Shown here: piece by piece, positions 50,860 to 59,604 of the stretch
Numbering within the stretch: the stretch's first letter is position 1
Layout: each line of letters begins with the position of its first letter
Program-made: the position numbers and the translations under genes
Assembly: GCA_020631975.1 (NCBI GenBank)
Contig: JACKGO010000008.1
Span: forward strand, 72,446-136,445
Direction: 5' to 3'
Source: Candidatus Nomurabacteria bacterium
GTDB taxonomy: Bacteria; Patescibacteriota; Saccharimonadia; Saccharimonadales; CAIOMD01
Length of the DNA stretch: 64,000 nucleotides
The notes under the pieces: model-generated
Told to the model about the DNA's origin: nothing
Databases searched by the model: none
The model's input: only the letters and a program-made list of their open reading frames with translations

Positions 50860-52491
50860 ATGAAAACAACCCCTAAAAGACTAATTAAAGCGGCAGCACC
50901 TCATGGATCAGTAGTTCTCTATAGGAATCTAAAGCTTAAACTAGACAATAATTTCAAAAATCGTTCAGAGACAAAAGTATCCAAAAGAAAACTTATGGAA
51001 ATGATTAAATCTGCAAAAAAGATTGAAACACAAATTCATCCAAAAATTATTGTAAGCCTTACAAGTCACGGCCATCGATTAGAAAGTACTGCTCCACTAG
51101 CGATTGCATCGCTTTTTAACCAAACAGTATTGCCAGATAAAATCATACTTTGGCTTGCACATGATGAAAAACAAACATCTTCTTTAATTAAGCTACAGAA
51201 ATTAGGACTAGAGATAAAATTCACAAATGATATAAAGTCTTATAAGAAGCTAATACCAGCATTAAAAGAGTTTCCAGAAAGCACTATAATCACCGTCGAT
51301 GATGATGTTCTTTATCCAAAAGACTGGCTGGAAAAAACAATGATCGAACATGCCAAGCAACCGAATGCAATAATATTTAATAGAGGCAGAGAGATGCTAA
51401 TAAAAAATGGACATGTTCAGCCGTATACAGATTGGCAATTAGTAACAACTGACCATAATAATCATCACTTATTTCTACCTACTGGAATAGGTGGAGTACT
51501 GTACCCACCAAGCTCACTTGACAGTAGAGTGATGAAAGAAAGTTTATTCAAGAAGCTAGCACCACTCGCAGACGACCTTTGGTTTTGGGCTATGGCTGAA
51601 TTAAAGGGTACAAAAAGAGTTTTGGTAAAAGATGGTTTTAGTGACACATTATCTTATGAGCTTGATAATAACAATAGTGAAAGATTATCTATAGTAAATG
51701 TTGATCGAAATAGCCCTAATAATAATGACACTCAATTAGCTAAAATATTAAGGTATTTCCCTGACTTATATAAAAAAATTGGCGCGAACCAAGATCAAAA
51801 TATCGCTAAAGTTATACACAATAATATAGTTACCCAATTTAACATAACAAACCAAAATGATTGGATTCAAAGAATACAGAGTACTACGGGACAGTTTTAT
51901 GAAATTGGGATGCTCATAGACATAGAGAAAAGACTTAAAATATCAGAAAATAATGTCATAATAGATGCCGGTGCATATATAGGAAATCATTCTTTGTTTT
52001 TTGCGACTCATTGCAATGCGAGTAAAGTGATATCATTTGAGCCATCTAGCGAGTCATATAAGTCATTACAAAATAATATTGAGTTAAATGATTTGGATAA
52101 AAAGATACAAGTTTACAATTTTGCGTTAGGTGATAAGATCGATAAAGCCGAAATAAAAGTTGTCGATAAAGATAATAAAGGTGCAACAATGGTTAAAATG
52201 GCGAGCAAGGGGGACGTAAAGGTTGTTACGCTTGATGGTTTTCTACTCAAAGACCTGTCCAAAATTGATTTAATTAAAGTTGATGTAGAAGGTATGGAGA
52301 TACCTCTGCTAAAAGGCGCACTCAAAACAATAGAAAAATTCACACCATTATTATATATTGAGGCGTTCGAACAGAGTCGTTTAAATGAAGTATTAAAAAT
52401 ATTATCACCGCTTGGATATAGTATTGTTGATGTCTTTAATGCAACACCAACTTACCTATTCATGCATAAAGACAAGCTAGCGCATACTTGA
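50860..52491 (+). CDS. bifunctional glycosyltransferase-like (N) plus FkbM-family methyltransferase (C)
   Basis: N: IIVSLTSHGHRL...TVDDDVLYP. C: IIDAGAYIGNHSLFFA...FEPSS...IDLIKVDVEGMEIPLLKGA (FkbM pattern). Confidence 0.7.
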   Translation: MKTTPKRLIKAAAPHGSVVLYRNLKLKLDNNFKNRSETKVSKRKLMEMIKSAKKIETQIHPKIIVSLTSHGHRLESTAPLAIASLFNQTVLPDKIILWLAHDEKQTSSLIKLQKLGLEIKFTNDIKSYKKLIPALKEFPESTIITVDDDVLYPKDWLEKTMIEHAKQPNAIIFNRGREMLIKNGHVQPYTDWQLVTTDHNNHHLFLPTGIGGVLYPPSSLDSRVMKESLFKKLAPLADDLWFWAMAELKGTKRVLVKDGFSDTLSYELDNNNSERLSIVNVDRNSPNNNDTQLAKILRYFPDLYKKIGANQDQNIAKVIHNNIVTQFNITNQNDWIQRIQSTTGQFYEIGMLIDIEKRLKISENNVIIDAGAYIGNHSLFFATHCNASKVISFEPSSESYKSLQNNIELNDLDKKIQVYNFALGDKIDKAEIKVVDKDNKGATMVKMASKGDVKVVTLDGFLLKDLSKIDLIKVDVEGMEIPLLKGALKTIEKFTPLLYIEAFEQSRLNEVLKILSPLGYSIVDVFNATPTYLFMHKDKLAHT

Positions 52492-52628
52492 CTGTTTTAA
52501 TAAGCGTTTATATATAAAATTATATAATCAACAATACACACATATTTCTTTTTATGCATATTAATCTTTAGATTATTTTCCTCAGCTCAAAACATCACTA
52601 AAAATTAAATAATGGTAGAATAATTACT

Positions 52629-53711
52629 ATGAATATCGTAATGGCATCTGATAATAATGGCGTTGAAATGCTAGCGGTTACTCTTTACTCAACAATTAAG
52701 AATAACATTAAAGATAATATTAATATTTTTATAATCCATACTGACATTTCCGCTACTAACCAAAAAGAAGTTTGTAAGTTAGAATCAATAAGAAAAAATA
52801 TTAATATTAAATTCTACAAAATAGATAATAGCTTCTTTAGTGATGTTGAACTTACCAATCAAACTGTTAGTATGCCAGCTTATTATAGGTATTTTGCTCC
52901 TGATATATTAAAAAATGAAGATAGGGTACTATATATGGATTTTGATATGCTATGTATCGATAGTCTATCTCATCTCTATAACATTGATATGCAAGATAAT
53001 TACATTGCTGCCGTTGAAGATTATTACGTTTCTAGCACGGGTGATTACCCAGGTTTTAAGGCAGGAATAAGATTTAATAGCACGGATGTATATTATAATT
53101 CTGGATTGTTATTGATGGATTTAAATAAATTAAGAACTAGCGGTATCATGGATGTGTTTTGGAGAAACATCAGAAATAAGACCAAAATTATACCAAAAAA
53201 ATATAATATATTTGCAGATCAAACCATAACAAACATTACTTTTAAAAATAAAATTTTACAATTAGATTATAGATACAATGCGGTAGTTTCAGTATTTAAG
53301 TATCGACATTTAGACAACCCAGCAATTATTCATTTTTCTGGTAGGGATAAGCCTTTTACTTGTTATGATGATTTTTCGGCAAAATACAGTGATATATATT
53401 ATGACTATTACGTAGAATGTATGTCAGTTTTGGGTAGGGATGCTTCTAAATTACTAAAAAATGCTATGAGGAAATTAGGACTAGAAACGAATAATGCAGT
53501 TGATAATTTAAAGATCTCTCAAAAACTTGCAAAAGATAAGAGTAACCACGTACAGGAACTTTTAAAGCAATTAGAAGAAGAAAAAAAAATAAAAGAAGAA
53601 AAAATAAAAGAATTAGAAGATCATATATACATTATGGAAAATTCAAAATCATGGAAGATAACAAAACCAATAAGAAATATTAAAGAACTCAAAACAAAGA
53701 TCAAGAAGTAA
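52629..53711 (+). CDS. glycosyltransferase family 8 with C-terminal coiled coil
   Basis: GT8 pattern (YYRYFAPDIL, LYMDFDMLC DxD, YNSGLLLMDL, IIHFSG). Tail EEEKKIKEEKIKELE...SKSWKITKPIR. Confidence 0.8.
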   Translation: MNIVMASDNNGVEMLAVTLYSTIKNNIKDNINIFIIHTDISATNQKEVCKLESIRKNINIKFYKIDNSFFSDVELTNQTVSMPAYYRYFAPDILKNEDRVLYMDFDMLCIDSLSHLYNIDMQDNYIAAVEDYYVSSTGDYPGFKAGIRFNSTDVYYNSGLLLMDLNKLRTSGIMDVFWRNIRNKTKIIPKKYNIFADQTITNITFKNKILQLDYRYNAVVSVFKYRHLDNPAIIHFSGRDKPFTCYDDFSAKYSDIYYDYYVECMSVLGRDASKLLKNAMRKLGLETNNAVDNLKISQKLAKDKSNHVQELLKQLEEEKKIKEEKIKELEDHIYIMENSKSWKITKPIRNIKELKTKIKK

Positions 53712-53739
53712 TTATTCCTCAAGTGGTATAATGTAGATT

Positions 53740-55014
53740 GTGAATTTAAAGAATAATAGTAGTAATTTATATTTTGATGTTACCCAATTAGTACATTGGT
53801 CCGGTCCAGTAGCTGGTATACCAAGAGTAATGCTTGAGCTTGCAAAAAGATTTAAGCAGGATAATACAATTTACGTCAGCTGGGTTAAAGAAATTAAAGC
53901 ATATTGTGTAGTAAATCTAGAAGAAACTTTAATGAGAGAAAGCGGTATTATCTATGAAAGTGCTAACCATGCCAGCGCATCAAGTAGCAAATCTAGCATA
54001 AAGAAGCAGACTAAGCGAGTTGCAAAAGCTATTGTATATAGAACGAAATATATTCATCCAGAATTGCCAAATAAAATCATAAGTAAGCACGCATTAGTTA
54101 AGGCACATAACTATACCGTACCAGACATTAAACATAATGATATTGTTTTTATACCTTGGGGGGAATGGTGGGATGAAAATTTTCTTTTAATGCTAGAAAA
54201 TTTTCATAATCAAGGAGTAAAGCTTTCTACAATCATTCATGATGTAGGCCCTATAGTGACACCACATTTATCTGCGCATTCTACAGAAAGTCTTACGAAC
54301 TACTGTAAACGAATAGTTCCGATTTGCGATATAGTGTTTGTAGTATCAAAAAATACAAAAAAAGATTTAAGCAATTGGCTTGTGAGCAATAAAATACCCG
54401 TACCAAAGATTTCGGTCTTTAGACTTGGTGATAATTTTGAAATAAAAGAGCCAAAAACACTAAGTAAAAAAGATAAGATAAGTACAAGCAAGCCGTTTAT
54501 TATGTCAGTTGGCACTATTGAGTTAAAAAAGAATCACATGCTACTTTATTATGTGTATAAACTTGCCATCACTAAGAGCATTAAACTTCCGGACCTTTTT
54601 GTAGTAGGTAGAGAGGGGTGGAAAGCAGACTATTTCATAGATATTGTCACAAATGACCCAGATGTTAAAGATAAAATTCACGTTCTCCGTGGGGTAACTG
54701 ATGAAGAATTGGCCTGGCTCTATAGTAAAAGTGTGCTAACCGTTTTACCTAGTATGTATGAGGGCTGGGGGATACCCATTGCAGAAAGCCTTGCGTATGG
54801 TGTACCAAGTTTAGCAAGTAATGTAACTAGCATGGTAGAGATTGCGCCAGGCATAACGAAACACTTTAATCCATATTCCACCGATGACTGTCTAAAAGCG
54901 ATTTCTGATATGATTAGTAGCATTGATATACAAAAAAAGCGTGCAAAAACATATAGAATGTATTCTTGGGATGAATCTTATTTACAAATATGTAAGGAAT
55001 TAGAAAAGATATGA
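53740..55014 (+). CDS. glycosyltransferase family 4
   Basis: PSMYEGWGIPIAESLAYGVP motif. Confidence 0.8.
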   Translation: MNLKNNSSNLYFDVTQLVHWSGPVAGIPRVMLELAKRFKQDNTIYVSWVKEIKAYCVVNLEETLMRESGIIYESANHASASSSKSSIKKQTKRVAKAIVYRTKYIHPELPNKIISKHALVKAHNYTVPDIKHNDIVFIPWGEWWDENFLLMLENFHNQGVKLSTIIHDVGPIVTPHLSAHSTESLTNYCKRIVPICDIVFVVSKNTKKDLSNWLVSNKIPVPKISVFRLGDNFEIKEPKTLSKKDKISTSKPFIMSVGTIELKKNHMLLYYVYKLAITKSIKLPDLFVVGREGWKADYFIDIVTNDPDVKDKIHVLRGVTDEELAWLYSKSVLTVLPSMYEGWGIPIAESLAYGVPSLASNVTSMVEIAPGITKHFNPYSTDDCLKAISDMISSIDIQKKRAKTYRMYSWDESYLQICKELEKI

Positions 55015-56171
55015 ATGTTATAAAAGTATTACACGTCACCACTCACGACGAAGATTGTGGTATTGCTAAGTATCAGCAAAACTACATTGATTCGTTCACA
55101 AAAAACTACCCGGAGATTGAAAATCAGATTTTCGAATACTCACCAAATAAGACCAAGACTATGAATGAGGCCCAGTTTAATGAAGCTTTGGGTTTGTTTA
55201 AGCAGCAGATAGCCAATTATGACATCCTGCACATTCAGCATGAATTTGGGTTCTTCCAGCATAACGAACTTGAGCAGTACGTAAAATTTGCAAAAAAAAT
55301 GCACAAGAAGGTTATTTTTACTGTTCACACATCACCGGATGTAGTAATCATTATTCCAAAACTTGGAGGCATTGGGCCAAGAAGTATTTATAAATATTTA
55401 CGTGAAAGAAGGCACGCAAACGAATTAATAAAAAGACACGTTATACCTCTCAGGCTGGCTGATATTGTCTTAGCCCATAACGAACTTACAATAAAATCTT
55501 TATTAGAATTTGGAGTTGCTAAAGATAAAGTTATCAGAATAAAGCACCCTATACCTAATCTTATTAGTAGACTTAGTAGCGATGAAATAAAATCAAAACT
55601 AGATTACCATGAAGGTGATATAATTTTTGCTTGTGTAGGTTTTATGCACAAACATAAAGGTCTTTTTGACGCAGTTAAGGCTCTAAACTATCTACCGCAC
55701 ACCTATAAATTGGCTATAATTGGAGGTGTGCATCCTTTTAGTGATTCAGCCGATATCTATAACAAAATTACAGATTTAATAGTTCAGTATAATTTACAGG
55801 ACAGGGTATATATTACAGGATTCATTAAAGAAGATAATCGCTTAAATTCCCTTATACAGGAAGCTATTGTGTGCGTTTATCCTTATGATGGTGTTTATTA
55901 CGGCAAGACTTCATCGGGGGCTCTAAACTTAGCTTTTGCCAACAGTATGCCGGTAATAGCATACCCAACTGCAACAATCAGGGAAATCGCAGAAGATTCA
56001 AAAGGTGCCGCAGTACTTACTGATACGTTCAGTTATTACGAGCTTGCACGAAAATTATTAACAACTAACTTTGAAGAAAAAAGGCAACAGTCGGTGAAAT
56101 ATGCCAAGATTATGTCGTGGAATATGCAAACATCTAAACTAACAAAAATTTATAAAAGTATTATTGACTAA
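55011..56171 (+). CDS. glycosyltransferase, GT-B (GT4-like)
   Basis: ATGA overlap with the upstream gene. GT-B C-terminal pattern (GKTSSGALNLAFANSMPVIAYP). Confidence 0.65.
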   Translation: MNVIKVLHVTTHDEDCGIAKYQQNYIDSFTKNYPEIENQIFEYSPNKTKTMNEAQFNEALGLFKQQIANYDILHIQHEFGFFQHNELEQYVKFAKKMHKKVIFTVHTSPDVVIIIPKLGGIGPRSIYKYLRERRHANELIKRHVIPLRLADIVLAHNELTIKSLLEFGVAKDKVIRIKHPIPNLISRLSSDEIKSKLDYHEGDIIFACVGFMHKHKGLFDAVKALNYLPHTYKLAIIGGVHPFSDSADIYNKITDLIVQYNLQDRVYITGFIKEDNRLNSLIQEAIVCVYPYDGVYYGKTSSGALNLAFANSMPVIAYPTATIREIAEDSKGAAVLTDTFSYYELARKLLTTNFEEKRQQSVKYAKIMSWNMQTSKLTKIYKSIID

Positions 56172-56576
56172 TGTTTTTAAATATGAGGTTTTTATAAATA
56201 AAATAATTCCATACGACTATAATAATAACTGTAATGAATTTTGCCACGTAGCCTGGTAAAGATATATAGTTTGAAAGTATATAAATTAAATAACTACTTA
56301 ATAATATATTAAAAACTGCCAATAAGCTGTAAAAACTAACTGCGTATATTTTTTATACTTATATATGTTTTTACTAAACGACCATTGTCTATTTCCTAAG
56401 AAACTTACTATAAACCCGATAATAAAACTCAATACATTAGATGTGACAATGTTTAAATCTACTAAATAATAGAGTACTATGAAAAATACATACTCACTTA
56501 TAAACGCCATGCCACCTACTAGTAAATATTTTATACCGCTATTTAATTTTGAAGACATATTTCTATTATAGATCAT
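56161..56576 (-). pseudogene. gtrA: GtrA-family flippase-like gene interrupted by a frameshift at a 6-nt homopolymer
   Basis: The 92-aa ORF (56298..56576) stops early. A second frame continues ...FYSLLAVFNILLSSYLIYILSNYISLPGYVAKFITVIIIVVWNYFIYKNLIFKN to a stop at 56161. Adding one A in the A6 tract (plus-strand T6 at 56349-56354) joins the frames. Confidence 0.6.
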
Positions 56577-56609
56577 ACTAATTGTAGATTTGTTATAATC
56601 ATATATGAC

Positions 56610-57308
56610 ATGAGGGTATGTATAATAATTCCAGTTTATAATGAGGGTTCAGTAATTTTAAAAACAATAAAATCTATACAAAATGAACTTCAGCAAATAG
56701 AGCACTTAATTGTAGTGGTAGACGATGGTTCAGCTGATAACACAGATACACAAGCTAGAAAAGCAAAAGGAGTGATTGTAATTAACCATCTTATGAATAT
56801 GGGGGCTGGTGCAGCGACGCGTACAGGTTTGAGGTATGCTAAGAATAACAGTTTTGATTTTGTTGTCACAGCCGATGCTGATGGACAGCATTTGCCAATG
56901 GATATTAAAAAAGTACTTAAGAGTTGTATGAATAAAGACGCAGATATGGTAATTGGCAGTAGATTAATAAATATCGCAAAAGGCATGCCTTGGTATAGAA
57001 GGCTTGGTAATAAAGGCCTAAACTACGTTACGGCACTGATTTTTGGCATAAATGTTACAGATTCACAATCTGGATTAAAAGCTATAAACAAAAAAGCTAT
57101 AAATTTACTAACTTTTGATTCCAATAGGTTTGCGTTTAGTTCAGAAATGATTTGGAGAGCAAAAAGATGCAATCTACGCATTAGTGAAGTTCCAATACAG
57201 GCCGTTTATACACAATACTCATTAACAAAAGGACAGAGTAATTGGGGGGCAATTGATATAATAAGACAGTTAATAAAAAGAAGATTGATCAGGCTGATTA
57301 ATGGATAA
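56610..57308 (+). CDS. GT2 polyprenol-phosphate glycosyltransferase (GtrB/DPM1-like)
   Basis: IIIPVYNE...VVVDDGSADNT...ADADGQH motifs. Confidence 0.85.
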   Translation: MRVCIIIPVYNEGSVILKTIKSIQNELQQIEHLIVVVDDGSADNTDTQARKAKGVIVINHLMNMGAGAATRTGLRYAKNNSFDFVVTADADGQHLPMDIKKVLKSCMNKDADMVIGSRLINIAKGMPWYRRLGNKGLNYVTALIFGINVTDSQSGLKAINKKAINLLTFDSNRFAFSSEMIWRAKRCNLRISEVPIQAVYTQYSLTKGQSNWGAIDIIRQLIKRRLIRLING

Positions 57309-57654
57309 GTATACTTTATTATTAATACTGAACTTGCCTATTGCATTAATGGGTTTGCTTGCAGTACTAGAACAATATCATAAGAAGCGAATAGGCAAAA
57401 TATCTCTCATATTAAAAACCATGTTTTGGCTTTCTGTCATTATTGGCCTACTATTTTCAGATACACTATATGAATATTTAGTAGCTAACAGTCTAACTGA
57501 TAGTACGCCGTTAAGTATAATGGACGTTGTATTAATTACAGGCTTGAATGTATCTCTAGTAATGCACTCAAGCCAATTCATAAAATTGGACAATCTTGAA
57601 AGACAAATTAATGAACTTCATGAAATATTATCAATTAAGCTTTCAAAAAAATAA
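57301..57654 (+). CDS. small membrane protein (DUF2304-like position after GtrB-like GT2)
   Basis: Three hydrophobic helices plus a C-terminal amphipathic tail. Overlaps both neighbouring genes. Confidence 0.5.
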   Translation: MDKYTLLLILNLPIALMGLLAVLEQYHKKRIGKISLILKTMFWLSVIIGLLFSDTLYEYLVANSLTDSTPLSIMDVVLITGLNVSLVMHSSQFIKLDNLERQINELHEILSIKLSKK

Positions 57655-58898
57655 TGAACATAAAAATATTTAGTACTAATAAAAGCTTATTATTAAAAGT
57701 TAGTCTGATATTCTTTGCTACTATAGCGTATCAATTAGACATAGACTATATATACACAATAACATTATTGGCAATTCTTTATATCTCTATTCCTAGGATA
57801 GGAGTAATAAAGAGTAAATTGAGCATATTAATTACATCTTTGTTAGTATATTTTTCTCTTATACAGTTATCAGCAGCAATACAATTTATGCTATTTAGAA
57901 ATGGTGGATTTGAAGCTATAGTAATAACGAATGCGATTCTCATTATAATTTGCATAGTATTGTTTGAAAAAAAGAATAATGAAAAGATCCCAATTTTCAA
58001 CCAACAGGATATGATCTCGTTTATGATCTTTGCGATGTTTTTACTACCTTTTGCTTATATTGCAGTAAAAAAAGGTACATATGAGGCTATTACTAATATA
58101 GGCGGTATTCAGGTAGTCGATTCTACTGTGCATTATGATTCATTGGGCTATGAAGAGACTAGGGGGGGATACCAATATAATAAGAGTTATTATCCGAGGG
58201 GATTTCATGTTTCAACATCGCTTGTCCAATCAGACCTAGGTGTAGTACAGCGTGACTCAAGTTGGAAGACGAACGCTCTAATATACGCTCTGCAGTATCT
58301 TATTTTTGCAGCATTACTAGTGTATAGCACCATATATTTAGCTACTACTTTGTTAAAATATTTTTATCAAAATAGTAATAAAAAGTCATCAACTTACGAA
58401 TATTTTACGTTAGGTATAACATTAGCAATTCCATTATTGTTACTTTACCTTTTTCTATTTGTCCAGCAGGGGTTCTTAAATTATTTTTATGTATCTGCAG
58501 CTATATTATTCGCTTCAACGTTTCTATTTTTAGAAAAAAGAAAAACAATAGGTGAATTGTTGATTTCTAATAGCTTCATAGACAAGATACCATTGGTGTT
58601 CTTTATTTTAATTACAATAGGAGTTTCATACAGTTGGCCGATATTTACCCCAGTATTATTACTTATCATTTTATTAAGTCTTTTAAGTGTAGATAAATTT
58701 AGCATAAGAAAAATAGCTCATATATTGAATTCAAAAAATATTCTCATATTTATTCTAATACTATTCCATCTAGTTGCAATCTATTTCCAGATTCATTACG
58801 ATGCTAAAAATGGGCTAGAAGCAACAGGCGCGCTCAGTAGTTTTAATAGTTTCTTTTTTTACAATATTTTTCATAGGAATTTTATTCTTATATCTTGA
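57654..58898 (+). CDS. polytopic membrane protein (GT-C/GtrC- or polymerase-like), possibly the 5' part of a split gene
   Basis: At least 10 hydrophobic helices. ORF ends 38 nt after a T7 tract (58854-58860). Confidence 0.55.
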   Translation: MNIKIFSTNKSLLLKVSLIFFATIAYQLDIDYIYTITLLAILYISIPRIGVIKSKLSILITSLLVYFSLIQLSAAIQFMLFRNGGFEAIVITNAILIIICIVLFEKKNNEKIPIFNQQDMISFMIFAMFLLPFAYIAVKKGTYEAITNIGGIQVVDSTVHYDSLGYEETRGGYQYNKSYYPRGFHVSTSLVQSDLGVVQRDSSWKTNALIYALQYLIFAALLVYSTIYLATTLLKYFYQNSNKKSSTYEYFTLGITLAIPLLLLYLFLFVQQGFLNYFYVSAAILFASTFLFLEKRKTIGELLISNSFIDKIPLVFFILITIGVSYSWPIFTPVLLLIILLSLLSVDKFSIRKIAHILNSKNILIFILILFHLVAIYFQIHYDAKNGLEATGALSSFNSFFFYNIFHRNFILIS

Positions 58899-58923
58899 TA
58901 ATAATATCAAACTGAAACAAAGA

Positions 58924-59604
58924 ATGAATGTATTAAACGTCGTTATACCGTATGTACTATTAATCGCATTTCTTATGTTAGTACAGTATTATCTAGTAGG
59001 TGAATCCAGGTACTATCTTATAAAAAGCTCTATAATAATGGAGCTTATATTATTTGCTATATTAGTGCCATATTTTATATATCGTGCAAATATACAAAAT
59101 AAAAATCATATGTTAATAGTATATTTACCTGTATTAATGTCATTTCTTACTCTGACATCCATAGGCTACACAAAAACACCATTATTAGAGATTAGGTCAC
59201 TTTATCGTGACTATAACAGCATTAGTAAGCCAAATTACTATGATGAAGATATATCAAAAATAATCCCATTAGCAGTGAACGAGAAATTGCATGACTATAA
59301 TCTTATAGTTCTTCATGCGGACAATAATGGAAACCTATATTCTCATGCGCAGATATCTCGATGGGTAAATGCTATGGGTGTAGCAGATTCATCTAATCCA
59401 AGCTGTTTCTATAACGCATTTAATGAGCTTGCATATACTTCTAATAGCGTTGATAAAGATAATAAGATGATTAAATATATTAAAGAATGTTCTAATCAGC
59501 AGATGCATAAAAACAATGATTACTATATTATTACTGATTCAAATTCTGTAAATATACTTCAGAATAAAATAGATAAAATAGATAATATAAAATACATATT
59601 TTAG
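58924..59604 (+). CDS. membrane protein with C-terminal soluble domain, possibly the 3' part of the same split gene
   Basis: Its frame is open back to 58819 and encodes a TM-like VVLIVSFFTIFFIGILFLYL. Removing one T from the T7 tract fuses it to 57654..58898. Confidence 0.5.
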   Translation: MNVLNVVIPYVLLIAFLMLVQYYLVGESRYYLIKSSIIMELILFAILVPYFIYRANIQNKNHMLIVYLPVLMSFLTLTSIGYTKTPLLEIRSLYRDYNSISKPNYYDEDISKIIPLAVNEKLHDYNLIVLHADNNGNLYSHAQISRWVNAMGVADSSNPSCFYNAFNELAYTSNSVDKDNKMIKYIKECSNQQMHKNNDYYIITDSNSVNILQNKIDKIDNIKYIF

